Source: an uncultured virus (IMG/VR IMGVR_UViG_3300050508_000301)
Lineage: Duplodnaviria; Heunggongvirae; Uroviricota; Caudoviricetes
Virus record (IMG/VR): IMGVR_UViG_3300050508_000301
DNA: 64,000 bases
Strand: one strand, 5' to 3'
Both the position numbers and the translations under genes were made by a program. The first letter of the stretch is position 1, and the number at the start of each line of letters is the position of its first letter. The notes beneath the pieces were generated by a model. The model was given only the letters and a program-made list of their open reading frames with translations, did not search any database and had not been told where the DNA came from. This document shows, in pieces, positions 15,499 to 25,799 of this stretch.

Positions 15499-18014
15499 CC
15501 CTGAGCCTGCTCGATGATGCGAGCAGATATCGCCAGAGGAATCGGATAATAGTTCTGCTGAGTACGCTTCTGCGCTTCACGCTGGTTCACAGCGAACTTT
15601 TTCCGGTCGGCGTAGCTCACGCCCATAGCGTCCCTGTGCCGCAGGAGAGTGGTGGGGTCAGCGAATCCCTTGGTACGGGCATCAGCGCCACGGTACTCTT
15701 TAGCCCACCAGTCAGCGACGTAGTTGGGGTGCCACCACACCTGTCCGTCTCCGTCGACGAAGACTGGCATGTGGCCATGCGCACTTTCCGGGTACAGCAG
15801 CTTTCGCCACAGCTCAGGCAGGATCCGATTCACCAAGTAATCATCTTGTGGAGCGTCCTGCTTGCTACACCATTCGTCGACGATCTCGGCGTGCCACCCA
15901 TCCCCGGTGATGAGGTCGAGCAGCCTCGCTCCTGCCCGCAGGACTGTGAGTTTGTCGGCATGCCTACCGGCAGCGGATGGCCGCAAACCCTTCCACTGCT
16001 TCTCCACGGCAGGCCAGTGGTGTAGCGCTTTCTGGACGTACCAACCGGCGATTCGCCACATCTCGGGGTAGCGCTGCTTCAGCTCGAGGATGTCGTCCCA
16101 CTGCGGGTAGTTGCCTTTACGGGATTGCCGGTCTTTGGCTGGTGGGACGTCGAGCCGTATGAGTCGGTCCATGAGCGCCATCTGGTCCGACAGCCCGGGT
16201 AGGCTTTCGCCGGTGAGCAGGACTGGCGCTACGAGCTGTACGCTAACCGACCCGAAGTTGTCGATCCCTTTCTTGGAACGGGAGCTTTCGTTGGTCGCTG
16301 TACGGATGTCTTGGTACAGTCGGGTAGCGTCGTCCAGGTCGTCGATCCAGACGATCCCTGACCGGTTGGCGGCCATGCTGTCTCGGAAGCTGGCTGCGGT
16401 TTGGTGGCTGCCGAGCTTGGTGGCTCCGTTCAGCTTGACCATTAGGGCGAAGAATCCTTCGCTCTTACCGGTACCGGACATCGCCTCGATGGCTATGAAG
16501 GGGAATCCGGCGATCCTGGGCATGAGCTGTGCTTTCACCAAACATGCGGCCCACCACGCTCCGAACACCGAGCATACGGTGTCGTCCTGGAACGTCAGCG
16601 TTTCTTTAAGCACCATCTGGGCGTCGGACCATTTGCCCTCGAACCCGTATTGGTGCAGCATCGGTTCACGCTTGCGGATCGCTGGGTCGGGCATCCAACC
16701 GCCCTGCGGGTTTAACCCCTGATCGGTGATCACGCCTTCGTCGCATACGAACCCTTCGGCTGCGTCGTGCCATCCCATGAATGGTACGATCTGCAGCCTC
16801 GGGGCGTCCTGGACCGACAGGTAGTGGCCAAGCCTGCCAGCCGGGTTGCGGGCCTGCAGGTGCCCGAGGTCGCCTGCCACTGGCCAGGTGTTCAGCTCGA
16901 GCGCTCGCAGGCGTGGACCCAGCGCTCGACTGTTGCCGAACAGCGATGCCGGTTCGACCACATATCTGGTGTCTTGCAACGCACTCTCGATCTGCAACCG
17001 GTAGTACGTGTTGAAGTCCTCATCCGAGTACTTGCCCAGCACATGCATATCGAAGTCGCTGCACGGCTTGATCACCTGCGATTTGGCGTCTTTGGTACCG
17101 ACCTCGCACAGGCACATCAGCTTGTCGCCACCGCCTGCAAGCCAACCGGTCGCCTGGGTGGGCAGGTCCTCGATCCCGGCTGCTGCTTGCTGTTCAGACT
17201 CCCAGATTGAGTTGGCTGTCTTTATTACCTCGTCGGAGCCAAGCGGATCGTCAAGCGACTGGTTGATCGCCTCCACCAGCAACAGGAACCCATCCTGGTG
17301 CAGCTTGCCTTTGGCCAGGTGCCCAGCGACCCTCGTCAACCAGTTGTTTCGTCCTCCCTGGGCAGGTGGCGCTCCCAGGAGTTGCGCTAGCGTAGAGCGG
17401 GTACCGGTGCCGCCCCCAGCCCCGCTCTGTAAATCCCCGCTTGACGGAGCGGCCTCCCGCAACGCTTGGTACCAGCCATCCGGTAGCTCCGCCAGCTCCG
17501 TAGGTTGCGGGACCCGCTCGAGAAGCTCTCCGTCGGGACCGTACCACATATAGGTGGTACCCAGTTTGTCGTGGACACTGGGCCACACTAGCCCGTAGCG
17601 GTGGTGGAACTGCACCACCTCGATTCCGGGACCCAGCTCGGTGATCAGTTCGGCGTCGCCGGAGACCCGAAACCAGCGGATCCCGGAGATCCGGTCTGCG
17701 ATCCGAGCCGAGGAGCGGTAGGTCCTCGGTAGCTGCCCTAAACGCTGTTCCCAGTCGTCGAGGGTGGCTGCGCCCTGTTTATCGTCGTAGGCGTCGACGT
17801 CGATTCCGATGATCCAGCTCGGTGTGCGGAGAGCTACGTTGGAATCCGAGAACTGGATCGCCCATTTACGGTAGTCGCTGTCGTCGGGCGTGACGCCACG
17901 GCGTCCGGTGTAGCCCGAAACAGCCAGCTCTTTGCTGTTGCGCTTGGTTGGCAGGACGTTCGGCCAGCCAGCGGCACGGTATTGCAGGTAAGCCCGCTCG
18001 TAGATCTCTGTCAT
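15495..18014 (-). CDS. bifunctional primase-polymerase / helicase
   Basis: NVALRTP..GIDVD prim-pol N-terminus, GGRNNWL PriCT-like region, AMSGTGKS Walker A, WIDD Walker B. Confidence 0.85.
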   Translation of the reverse strand: MTEIYERAYLQYRAAGWPNVLPTKRNSKELAVSGYTGRRGVTPDDSDYRKWAIQFSDSNVALRTPSWIIGIDVDAYDDKQGAATLDDWEQRLGQLPRTYRSSARIADRISGIRWFRVSGDAELITELGPGIEVVQFHHRYGLVWPSVHDKLGTTYMWYGPDGELLERVPQPTELAELPDGWYQALREAAPSSGDLQSGAGGGTGTRSTLAQLLGAPPAQGGRNNWLTRVAGHLAKGKLHQDGFLLLVEAINQSLDDPLGSDEVIKTANSIWESEQQAAAGIEDLPTQATGWLAGGGDKLMCLCEVGTKDAKSQVIKPCSDFDMHVLGKYSDEDFNTYYRLQIESALQDTRYVVEPASLFGNSRALGPRLRALELNTWPVAGDLGHLQARNPAGRLGHYLSVQDAPRLQIVPFMGWHDAAEGFVCDEGVITDQGLNPQGGWMPDPAIRKREPMLHQYGFEGKWSDAQMVLKETLTFQDDTVCSVFGAWWAACLVKAQLMPRIAGFPFIAIEAMSGTGKSEGFFALMVKLNGATKLGSHQTAASFRDSMAANRSGIVWIDDLDDATRLYQDIRTATNESSRSKKGIDNFGSVSVQLVAPVLLTGESLPGLSDQMALMDRLIRLDVPPAKDRQSRKGNYPQWDDILELKQRYPEMWRIAGWYVQKALHHWPAVEKQWKGLRPSAAGRHADKLTVLRAGARLLDLITGDGWHAEIVDEWCSKQDAPQDDYLVNRILPELWRKLLYPESAHGHMPVFVDGDGQVWWHPNYVADWWAKEYRGADARTKGFADPTTLLRHRDAMGVSYADRKKFAVNQREAQKRTQQNYYPIPLAISARIIEQAQG

Positions 18015-18217
18015 CCGCCAGAGACCTTGACCAGGGCCTCTAGCGGAGTCTTGTACACAGTCGCCAAGCGGATGGCGACCTGGAATCCAGGCTGCCGGCG
18101 ACCTCGTTCGATGTCACGCAGGTGGTGCGTGGAGATCTTGATCTTCCTGGCCGCTTCGGGGCGAGTCATGCAACCTCTCGCCTTCCGTAGGGCCTCTGGG
18201 TCCGCCACAATGTTCAA
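18011..18217 (-). CDS. XRE-family HTH protein
   Basis: LRKAR..TRPEAARKIKIS..LRDIERGRRQP. Confidence 0.85.
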   Translation of the reverse strand: MNIVADPEALRKARGCMTRPEAARKIKISTHHLRDIERGRRQPGFQVAIRLATVYKTPLEALVKVSGG

Positions 18218-18286
18218 CCGCCGACCTCCCCGGGGGTGGTGCTGAGAGCACCCCCTAGCCTAGCATAGCAGTCAAGACCCCCGCTG

Positions 18287-18544
18287 TTAGGGCTGTGTGA
18301 AGGCTCGCAGGAACTCAATCCCGCTCTGCTGCTCGAGGTCGGCTATGACCTGGCTCTGGATAGCTTGTCCAACGAACTCGATGAGCACCTCCATCGGGAT
18401 GACCCATGTGTCGACATGTAGCGGATTGTGAATCGTTACACCGCCGCTGTGATCTCCGTCATGCTGGAAGACCCACTCGCTGCTGTGCTTACGGATGGTT
18501 GTGGTGTGCATTTTTAGTCCTTTAGCCGTAGACCCAGGGTCCAT
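18287..18544 (-). CDS. hypothetical protein
   Basis: Operon ORF. Confidence 0.55.
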   Translation of the reverse strand: MDPGSTAKGLKMHTTTIRKHSSEWVFQHDGDHSGGVTIHNPLHVDTWVIPMEVLIEFVGQAIQSQVIADLEQQSGIEFLRAFTQP

Positions 18545-18866
18545 AGTGCCGCAGCAGCGCCATCCGCTCGAGTGCCTCTTCCAGGGTGAACCGCCACACT
18601 GTGTCCTCGTCGAGCTGGGCCATCTTGTAGAACTCGACCTGAGTCATGGCCGCTGACTGTCCATTGGAACGATCGACCGCTAGGGTGAAGTCGTAGTCCG
18701 GGTGCTCCATCTCGACCCAGGCGTGCCAGTGGCGAATACCAGCGATCGGTCCTTGACCCGCAGGCACGCCGTGCGCGATGTAGACCGTAACACCACCCCC
18801 GGCAGCAGCGCATTCGATCGCGGTCTGCACTGCTACTGGGAAGCAGTTGCCGCCTTCAACGGCCAC
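18522..18866 (-). CDS. hypothetical protein (possible Cys-His-Asp papain/transglutaminase-like triad)
   Basis: GNCF..HAWVE..D. Confidence 0.55.
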   Translation of the reverse strand: MAVEGGNCFPVAVQTAIECAAAGGGVTVYIAHGVPAGQGPIAGIRHWHAWVEMEHPDYDFTLAVDRSNGQSAAMTQVEFYKMAQLDEDTVWRFTLEEALERMALLRHYGPWVYG

Positions 18867-19032
18867 GAGGCTGCTCCTTCACGAACTGCAGAGCTTCGTG
18901 CAGGGCTTCGGGGTCGTAGCCGGCGAGGAAGTTGAGCGCCGTGTGAGCTTGCTTCTCGGTTAGCTGGTAGGATTGCTCGATCAGCTCGTCCATGGTCGGG
19001 ACGGGGGTGGTGGTCTCGGTGTCGGTTGTCAT
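18856..19032 (-). CDS. hypothetical protein, leaderless
   Basis: ATG 6 nt after TTGACA-N18-TATGAT. Confidence 0.65.
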   Translation of the reverse strand: MTTDTETTTPVPTMDELIEQSYQLTEKQAHTALNFLAGYDPEALHEALQFVKEQPRGR

Positions 19033-19106
19033 GCTGTCATCATAACACATCGCTTGTCTCCGTGTCAAGTATGGCGATGCCCCCGACCGGAGCCAGGGGC
19101 ACCACC

Positions 19107-19295
19107 TCATTCGCCGAGTTTGCGGTAGATTCGGGGAGTCGGGCCTACGGTCGCTTGGACTCGAAGGAATCCGCTCCACAGACGGTTCGCCTCATCAATG
19201 CTCATGCCGTCCTTGTACGCAGGCCCGGTGAGCTTGGGCCAGGATGCGGGGATGACGGTCTGGCATTTCTTGGGCGTCTTGGAGGGTGCAGCCAT
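19107..19295 (-). CDS. hypothetical protein
   Basis: Strong SD GAGGAGGTG. Confidence 0.6.
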   Translation of the reverse strand: MAAPSKTPKKCQTVIPASWPKLTGPAYKDGMSIDEANRLWSGFLRVQATVGPTPRIYRKLGE

Positions 19296-19431
19296 GCAAA
19301 ATCACCTCCTCTCGGAAGCTGCTTACCTAAGCATGACTGCCCTCCTGTGGTTTCATCGTTCGTGGCGACCTCAGCCCTCTAGTCGCCGTGCCTGGCCCTC
19401 CAGATTCGCCCAGATCCCATCCCCTGGGGAG

Positions 19432-19611
19432 CTAGTCGAACTCCCCGTCTTTCAAACCCTTCACAAAGGCCTCCCACTCCTCGGTGGTAAACCTGAGGAT
19501 AGGGCCTGTCGGGTCTCCGGAGTGTCTAACTAGTACCGTGTCCCCGACATTAACCTCAACGCAGTTGCTTTCGCCGCTATAGCTTGATTTGTGCCATACT
19601 GACTGCTTCAC
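19432..19611 (-). CDS. DUF397 protein
   Basis: Manual translation WHKSSYSGESNCVEV..VLVRHSGDPTGPILRFTTEEWEAFVKGLKDGEFD. Confidence 0.9.
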   Translation of the reverse strand: MKQSVWHKSSYSGESNCVEVNVGDTVLVRHSGDPTGPILRFTTEEWEAFVKGLKDGEFD

Positions 19612-19772
19612 AGCACCTCGACCTTGATCACGGCGTCGTGGAACTGCCCGTCTTCCAGCTCGATCGAGATGAACAGCTCGCCGGATACGTCGTCGAGGTT
19701 GGAGTCCGCCACCTCCTCCGGCAGGTTGTTTCCCAGCTTGTAGAGGATGGCCAGTTCCTCAGCGGAAGCCAT
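19608..19772 (-). CDS. 54-aa acidic protein
   Basis: MASAEELAILYKLG..; coupled at both ends. Confidence 0.55.
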   Translation of the reverse strand: MASAEELAILYKLGNNLPEEVADSNLDDVSGELFISIELEDGQFHDAVIKVEVL

Positions 19773-20233
19773 CAGAAATCCTCGTCAGGCGAGACCGTGT
19801 TGCGATCGCCGTCGAGCGGAGTGTTCTCCGAACCCTCCTCGTAGGGCATGGCGTACTGGACGTTGTTGCCCATCTCGCCTGCTCGAGGACCCTTGGCGAT
19901 CACCTGCTGGTTGACCTTGAGGTAGGCCAGTCGGCCGAGCAGTTCGTCGGTGTGGGTGTCGGCCGGCACACCGAACGCCTTGAACATGCCACCGACGGCG
20001 AAGGCTGCCTTGGGCGAGAGCGAGGTGTTGGTCCACTGCTCACGACCCTTGTAGCCTTCCTCCTCGATCCGGAACTTCCAGATCCAGTAGTGGTAGCCCG
20101 AATCACCCGCCTTGTCCGACACCTCGACTTCGAACAGCCGAGCGAGGTAGATGCCTTCCGGGATTGGCTGTGGGCCTCCCTTTTCGGCTTCCTCCTCGAC
20201 CTGGCGGGCGACGTCACTGGAGAGCTTCGGCAT
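19772..20233 (-). CDS. DUF669-like ssDNA-binding protein
   Basis: PIPEGIYLARL..YKGR..; acidic tail ending in F. Confidence 0.75.
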   Translation of the reverse strand: MPKLSSDVARQVEEEAEKGGPQPIPEGIYLARLFEVEVSDKAGDSGYHYWIWKFRIEEEGYKGREQWTNTSLSPKAAFAVGGMFKAFGVPADTHTDELLGRLAYLKVNQQVIAKGPRAGEMGNNVQYAMPYEEGSENTPLDGDRNTVSPDEDF

Positions 20234-20622
20234 TCGATTCCTGCTTTCGTTTGGTTTGACTAGACGCTTGCGATGGCGATGACGCCAATGACCACAACAA
20301 CCACAACGAGGACCAGCGCCAACACCATCGTCACGTACAGACCGTAGTAGTTGTCGCCCATCAGATACCCGTCGCAATATCGAAGAGGAGCACTGCTCCC
20401 GCCACCACGATGATGTAGATTACCCATATTACGACGGCCATACAGACTGCCAACACCACGTCCCCAAACTGGTTGCCGGTATACCGGGTATCGTCCATCA
20501 GAGACCCGTCCCCGCTCGGAACAGATAGGCTGCCCCGGCTAGTAGGACCAGCGACAGAGCTAGGCATATCGCCCACAGCAGTATCTTGACGGGCGAGGCC
20601 AGGTTCTCCCAGTTCGGGTCCA

Positions 20623-20994
20623 TCAGCAGCCCGCTTCGGCGCAGTTGGGCAGGACGGGGCAGCGACCGCAGATGGCGCAGGTGGGGTCGAGCGTCTGCTT
20701 GCAGAAGTCGCCCAGGTCGAGGGGTGCGTACAGCCCGAGTGCGTGCAGGGCCTGGGCGTCTTCGGTCCGCTGCTCGAGGCGTAGCTCGGTCAGGGTCTCT
20801 TCGAGCCGACCGATCTCCATAATAGTGTCAATCTCGGTCGTGCTGGCGTCTTCGAGCACTTCGTCGATGTCGTCGAGCAGCTCATCAATGCCATCGAGGG
20901 TGGCGTCTCGGTCGGTGTCGGCCTGGACGTGTTCCGCCTCTTCGACTTGCTGCTCACGCTCGGTGGTGTGCCGGGTTTTGTGCGTGCGCTCCAT
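20623..20994 (-). CDS. Pup-like protein fused to a Cys-rich tail
   Basis: IDELLDDIDEVLE resembles the Pup Mpa/ARC-binding helix; no terminal GGE/GGQ. Confidence 0.6.
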   Translation of the reverse strand: MERTHKTRHTTEREQQVEEAEHVQADTDRDATLDGIDELLDDIDEVLEDASTTEIDTIMEIGRLEETLTELRLEQRTEDAQALHALGLYAPLDLGDFCKQTLDPTCAICGRCPVLPNCAEAGC

Positions 20995-21252
20995 AGGGTC
21001 CCCACCCTAGCACACAGTTTGCCTAGGTGTCAAGTTGCCCGCTGAGCCTACGCTTCGCTTCTTCATGTTCCTTCGCTATTGCCACCTCGAAAGCATCATG
21101 AAATCCGCCGAGTCTTCTGGTCGCTGCAGCGGCAGCGACCCCCAACCCGCCCATGCGTTGGCCTATGCGTCGGAATCCGAGTCTAGCTCGGATGACCCGC
21201 ATGTCCCGTTCGGCGAGCTGTTTGGCTCGCCAGATGGCAGCGTATTCGACCG

Positions 21253-21711
21253 TCATCTCAATCGATCCATCTGCTGTAATGCGTCCATCCGCCGTTGGAT
21301 CTCGGCGTCTGCTTCCTGCGCTGCTGTAGCCATTGCTGGAATCCACACGGTAAGCCAGTTCGCCAGCTGGTCTATCCCCTGATGGAACGAGGTGCTGTTG
21401 GCGTACAGCTCTCGGTGGTGGATGGTGAGTGCTCCACGGAACACGGCCACACGGGTGCCCGCAGGTGCCTCGATGCAGAAGGACGCCATGCTGTAGACGG
21501 TGGGTATGGCGACGGCCTCGGACGTCACGCCTTCGGCGAGCACCTTCGGTTGCGTCTCGGCGAGCACCCGGGCGATGAGCGGCGAGATCTCGGACATGAG
21601 GTCGGTGACCCAGTCGTTCGTCTCGTCGGACTGGCCGTCGTTGCCGATGTGGCGGTCGACGACCGACCGAATGTCTTCGTACAGGTCCTCGGGGATGCCG
21701 TCAGCCGTCAT
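21253..21711 (-). CDS. hypothetical protein
   Basis: From MTADGIPE; operon ORF. Confidence 0.55.
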   Translation of the reverse strand: MTADGIPEDLYEDIRSVVDRHIGNDGQSDETNDWVTDLMSEISPLIARVLAETQPKVLAEGVTSEAVAIPTVYSMASFCIEAPAGTRVAVFRGALTIHHRELYANSTSFHQGIDQLANWLTVWIPAMATAAQEADAEIQRRMDALQQMDRLR

Positions 21712-22258
21712 GGTCCGTCTCCGGGGTCCCAGCCGGCGAGGGGCCGGCGACGGGCTCAGGGTCGTCCTCGGCCTCCCAGCCGCACCAGTGGCAGCAATCG
21801 TGCGTCCACGAGTGATTGCAGTGATGGCCACAGGGTCGCTGAGACTCCGGACACTCGCCTTCTAGGCCCTCTTCTTCGCCGCAGGTGGCGCACTCGTCAT
21901 CAAGCTCGGAGGTCGGGGCGGGGGTGGGGCTGTCGGTGGAATTGCTCGGCACGTTGAGCCCACCCCCACCGCCTTCGGCGTGGATGTCCTCCATGGCAAC
22001 GGTGGCTTCGCCTGCCTTGGCTGGCCAGATGCCGACAACCATCCCGGCGTCGTTGCGGGGTAGACGGGGGTAGTCCTCAGTGACGTCCGGGGTGACGTCG
22101 GCGAGGGTGAAGCGGCCGGGCTCGTAGCGCTGGAGGCAGCGGACCACCGTCGAACGCAGCCGGGGTGGCATCGGCTTCAGATGCAGGTCCGGGACCAGGT
22201 TCGCCAGATGGCCTACCAGCCAGGTCAGATCCTCAACATCCAGGTCAACGGAGTCCAA
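21701..22258 (-). CDS. hypothetical protein with Cys/His-rich C-terminus
   Basis: CPESQRPCGHHCNHSWTHDCCHWCG. Confidence 0.6.
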   Translation of the reverse strand: MDSVDLDVEDLTWLVGHLANLVPDLHLKPMPPRLRSTVVRCLQRYEPGRFTLADVTPDVTEDYPRLPRNDAGMVVGIWPAKAGEATVAMEDIHAEGGGGGLNVPSNSTDSPTPAPTSELDDECATCGEEEGLEGECPESQRPCGHHCNHSWTHDCCHWCGWEAEDDPEPVAGPSPAGTPETDHDG

Positions 22259-22644
22259 TGGGTCGCCTTCCCGTGTCGAAGATCTGCGGCTTGCCGACGC
22301 GCAGGCGTTGGCCGAGCGCGCGGGCTTCCCGAGCTCGTTCGATGCGGTCGGCCGTGTCGCCGCCGAGCGGCAGCAGGGCTTCCTCGGCGATGTCCCGGCC
22401 GACTTCCTCCGCGGTCATGTGCTCGCGCCTGCGGCGCTTGGCCTCTTCGGGTAGGTAGCGCTCGAGGAATTCCTGATAAGAATGCATAGCGTCGTCGTCT
22501 GCGGTTTGACCAGTGAGAGCTTCGATTAGTTGAGCAGCTTCGGTGTAGAGGTTGATCGCATCGCAAGCAGCGTCGAACCCGACCACCACATCGGGCAGGT
22601 CTTCGGTGATCTGTTCAGCTCGAGCACGTAACCGTGCGACAACA

Positions 22645-23061
22645 TCAGCTGGATCTGGAAGCGGCATCTGAGTCCTTCCATCGGTACCAGACCGGCCGTA
22701 GTCCCTTCTCGGGAATGTGGGTGATCTGGCCGTTGTCCCGCAGCGCACGCAACATCCGAGCTGCGTTGTGGTAGTCCCGAGGGTACCGGGAGATCCGGGT
22801 GATAGAGACCGAGCTGAACTCGGCTTGACCCAGGGCGATGCGATACAGACGCTCGAAGTTGCGCCTAGTGCCGTCATGCATGGGTTTGTCAAACAGGGAC
22901 GGGGCGGCTTCCTCTAGCGGTAGGCCCATCGCATCCATCGACAGTCGGGTCCGTGGCGCCAGGGGGTCAGGTGCCACACGATTTTGCGAACCTGCATGAA
23001 CAGGATGTTTCCCTCGATGGGACCACCCTCTTTCGGTGCACCGTTGGACTTGTAGTTCCAT
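22645..23061 (-). CDS. hypothetical protein, winged-helix-like C-terminus
   Basis: AARMLRALRDNGQI..WYRW. Confidence 0.55.
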   Translation of the reverse strand: MELQVQRCTERGWSHRGKHPVHAGSQNRVAPDPLAPRTRLSMDAMGLPLEEAAPSLFDKPMHDGTRRNFERLYRIALGQAEFSSVSITRISRYPRDYHNAARMLRALRDNGQITHIPEKGLRPVWYRWKDSDAASRSS

Positions 23062-23298
23062 TCACACATCGGATTCCTCCATTAGCCGTATCATGATTTC
23101 GACGATGCGCTCCAGTGTCTCCTGCACCACGCCCTCCGAGATGGGGGTGGTATTGAGCCGGATCAATGTCTCGCCCTCCTGGACCAAGTCAGGTCGTGCT
23201 GCGATCGGTACTGCATCGATCAACAAATCGATGTTGATCAGCGCCTTGTGGCCGGAGACCAGGGTTAGGATAATAAAGTTGGTCATAGGTCGTTCCAC
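23062..23298 (-). CDS. hypothetical protein
   Basis: FIILT..LINIDLL..VQETLERI. Confidence 0.6.
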   Translation of the reverse strand: MERPMTNFIILTLVSGHKALINIDLLIDAVPIAARPDLVQEGETLIRLNTTPISEGVVQETLERIVEIMIRLMEESDV

Positions 23299-23421
23299 GC
23301 CCAGTGAATCAGCGCATCCGCTCCGGCTAGAACTCCAGCCACCAGAAACAGCTGGGCATCCCGAAAGTCGCTCCGCCGACAGTAGCGATCGTCGCCCAGA
23401 TGAGCAATATCGAGATGCGCA

Positions 23422-24333
23422 TCAGGCGTCGGCCTCCTCAGGCGCATCGGTGTCTGGTTCGTCGACGACGGGATCCGCCACCTTGGCGATATTGCGCCTA
23501 CGGGCGATTGCGGCTAGCTGCAACGAGTCCTTGCCTTTGACGATCTTCCCGTCGAGGTAGCCCAACACCCGATCGAACCCGGGGTTGATCATCCGCTTGG
23601 GGAGGACACCGAACCGGTCCTTGGCTGTGAACCGACCAGTGGGTCGGGTCAGGCCCATGAACTCTTCGCCTTCCCACTCGATCAGATCGGGATCGTTCTC
23701 GAAGCTTTCGGTTTGGCAGTAGATGATCCAGTCCATCCAGCCGGCGAAGCTGGCGTTGACCGACGGGGATAGCGCAGGATTGACCTGGATGGCGCCATCT
23801 TCGTCCTTGTCCCGTCGAGAGTGGGCACCCAACAGCAGGTGGCACCCCAACCCGTGATACAGCCGCAGGAGTTTCTTCATCATCTCGACGACCTCGCCAC
23901 GGTCCTCGAGGTAGACCTCAAAGTCGGAGCGTTCGTTGTCGGCGCCAGTGCGCATGGCTTTGCGTTCGGTCTTGGCCAGCGATCGAGGCATGACCTCGTC
24001 GAGGAACCCCTCCTGGCTCTTGGTGGTCGTGTCCCAGGCGACCGCAAAGATCGGTTCTCCGTCAGCCAGCCGAAGCAACAGCTCTTGGTGCATGTCGATC
24101 ATCTCGGCGTAGCTGAGTGCCGGGTATGGCTCGATGTTCTTGGTCGGGATGCCATGCCGGCGGAGCGCTGCGGCTTTCAGGCCGTTGTCGGCGTCGAGGT
24201 AGACGACTTTCCCGAGCTTGGCGGCGGCGGCGATGGCTGTGCTCTTGCCTTTGCCGGGGTTGCCGTAGTACATGGCCCGGTGGTGTACTTGGACGTCGTC
24301 GAGCGTGGGTCGCTTCACTGCACTAAGCGTCAT
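23422..24333 (-). CDS. AAA_24 / Sak4-like ATPase (recombination)
   Basis: YGNPGKGKST, YLDAD, WDTTT, AH, AKDR. Confidence 0.8.
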   Translation of the reverse strand: MTLSAVKRPTLDDVQVHHRAMYYGNPGKGKSTAIAAAAKLGKVVYLDADNGLKAAALRRHGIPTKNIEPYPALSYAEMIDMHQELLLRLADGEPIFAVAWDTTTKSQEGFLDEVMPRSLAKTERKAMRTGADNERSDFEVYLEDRGEVVEMMKKLLRLYHGLGCHLLLGAHSRRDKDEDGAIQVNPALSPSVNASFAGWMDWIIYCQTESFENDPDLIEWEGEEFMGLTRPTGRFTAKDRFGVLPKRMINPGFDRVLGYLDGKIVKGKDSLQLAAIARRRNIAKVADPVVDEPDTDAPEEADA

Positions 24334-24550
24334 AGAGTTTCCCTGTCCTCAGGTTGGGTGGTGGTGGTCGTGGTCTCAGAGTGCCAAGTCGTTGGGCTAT
24401 CTCGACGCCACCAGGGTTCGGGTGCTTCGTTGTAGGCAGCCTTTCCCCAGCGAAACCAGGCGTACACGCAGATGGTGATGCACACGAACAGTACTGATAG
24501 AACCGTAGCTGCTGCCCAGCTCCCGTCGGTTTCAGCGGCAATCAGCAACA

Positions 24551-24826
24551 TCAGCTGCAGCCCTGCGGGTCGTCTTCCCGCCATTTGTCGCCGTTATCGC
24601 AGTTGTTGAACTGTGTGTGGCTGACCGGTTGCCACCCATGCACCTCGCCTTGATGCGGAACGACGTTGGACAGCTGCAGCCACCATCCGCCGTTGACGTA
24701 CCGCCGGTCGACGACCTGCCCGGTGGGGTAAGGGAAGGTATCCTTGGTCGGGGTACCGCTCCCGCCGCCGTCGCAGGCGAACAAAAACAAGATGGCGATC
24801 CCGAGGATGAGCACTAGCCTTTTCAT
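24551..24826 (-). CDS. putative lipoprotein
   Basis: MKRLVLILGIAILFLFAC lipobox; leaderless promoter. Confidence 0.65.
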   Translation of the reverse strand: MKRLVLILGIAILFLFACDGGGSGTPTKDTFPYPTGQVVDRRYVNGGWWLQLSNVVPHQGEVHGWQPVSHTQFNNCDNGDKWREDDPQGCS

Positions 24827-24907
24827 GCCGCCCATCCTATCACACCCTTTGACAACTAGACAAGGACGTACCGGTTCCCACATCCGGTACGCCCCAGAGG
24901 TATTAGC

Positions 24908-25243
24908 TTATCGATGCCAGCAAAGCCATTCCTGGCCGTTGCATCGCTGGTAGTCCCAAGGACGCCAAGAATTGTTGGAGTTCAAGGGGAGATTGACGAC
25001 GACCCAGTACTGCTCGTAGACGTCGTAGCCGTACTGCTGCTTGCACCAATAACGCACCTGAGTCGTACTCAGGTAATCGGGAGCGGAATGGATGACGAAC
25101 CATCCATTACCCTCATGCTTGGTGCAGTAGAAGTAGCTGTAGTTGTCGTAGTTGTCAGCCGAGGCCGGGGAGGCATTCCAGCCCACGAAGGCAGCGACAA
25201 CCAGCGCCACGATAGCGCCGATCAATAGCAGTTTACGTTTCAA
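24908..25243 (-). CDS. secreted Tyr/Trp/Cys-rich protein
   Basis: Signal peptide ending ASPASA. Confidence 0.65.
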   Translation of the reverse strand: MKRKLLLIGAIVALVVAAFVGWNASPASADNYDNYSYFYCTKHEGNGWFVIHSAPDYLSTTQVRYWCKQQYGYDVYEQYWVVVNLPLNSNNSWRPWDYQRCNGQEWLCWHR

Positions 25244-25371
25244 AGGCTATTCCTTTCGTTAGTCTTTGGCGGCGATCTCGGTCCCAGCGGGCGGTGTTGC
25301 TCGGATCACGACGGAAGGCCCTGTCGGTTGTCCGGAGTTGTCCAGCTTGACGTGTTGCCGGAGCTGCTCGT

Positions 25372-25578
25372 TCATGTCGACCGGGCTGGGTTGGGTCGGA
25401 CCACACCACCCTCGGCCAGCTTGGGCTTCTCGGAATGTGCGGTCAGCAGCAGGTGGAGCACCCTGAAGGCGTCAGTCTCATTACCACTGATCATGATACC
25501 TTCATATTCGGCTCCGGGCGTCACGAGCTTCTCGACGGTGATCTCGAGTCGGACGGGCTGCGGTGTGTTCTTTCTCAT
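25372..25578 (-). CDS. hypothetical protein, leaderless
   Basis: ATG 6 nt after TTGACA-N18-TAGGAT. Confidence 0.65.
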   Translation of the reverse strand: MRKNTPQPVRLEITVEKLVTPGAEYEGIMISGNETDAFRVLHLLLTAHSEKPKLAEGGVVRPNPARST

Positions 25579-25725
25579 TTTGTTATCCTAACACGTAGGT
25601 TGACTGGGTGTCAAGTGGCTAATCGGAGTTCCGGTCGATCCAGAACATCACTCCTAGTAGCACAAATCCTGCGACAGCCACAAGGACCCCCAGAATCGAT
25701 AGTCAGCATAGTGCTCTCCTCTCAG

Positions 25726-25799
25726 TGCGCCCGGTGGGACTCGAACCCACAGTCGCCCGATTAAAAGTCGGGTGCCGTATCCAATTGGGCTACAGGCGC
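25726..25799 (-). tRNA. tRNA-Lys(TTT)
   Basis: GCGCCTG..CCCGA CTTTTAA TCGGG..GTGGG TTCGAGT CCCAC CGGGCGC A. Confidence 0.88.
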
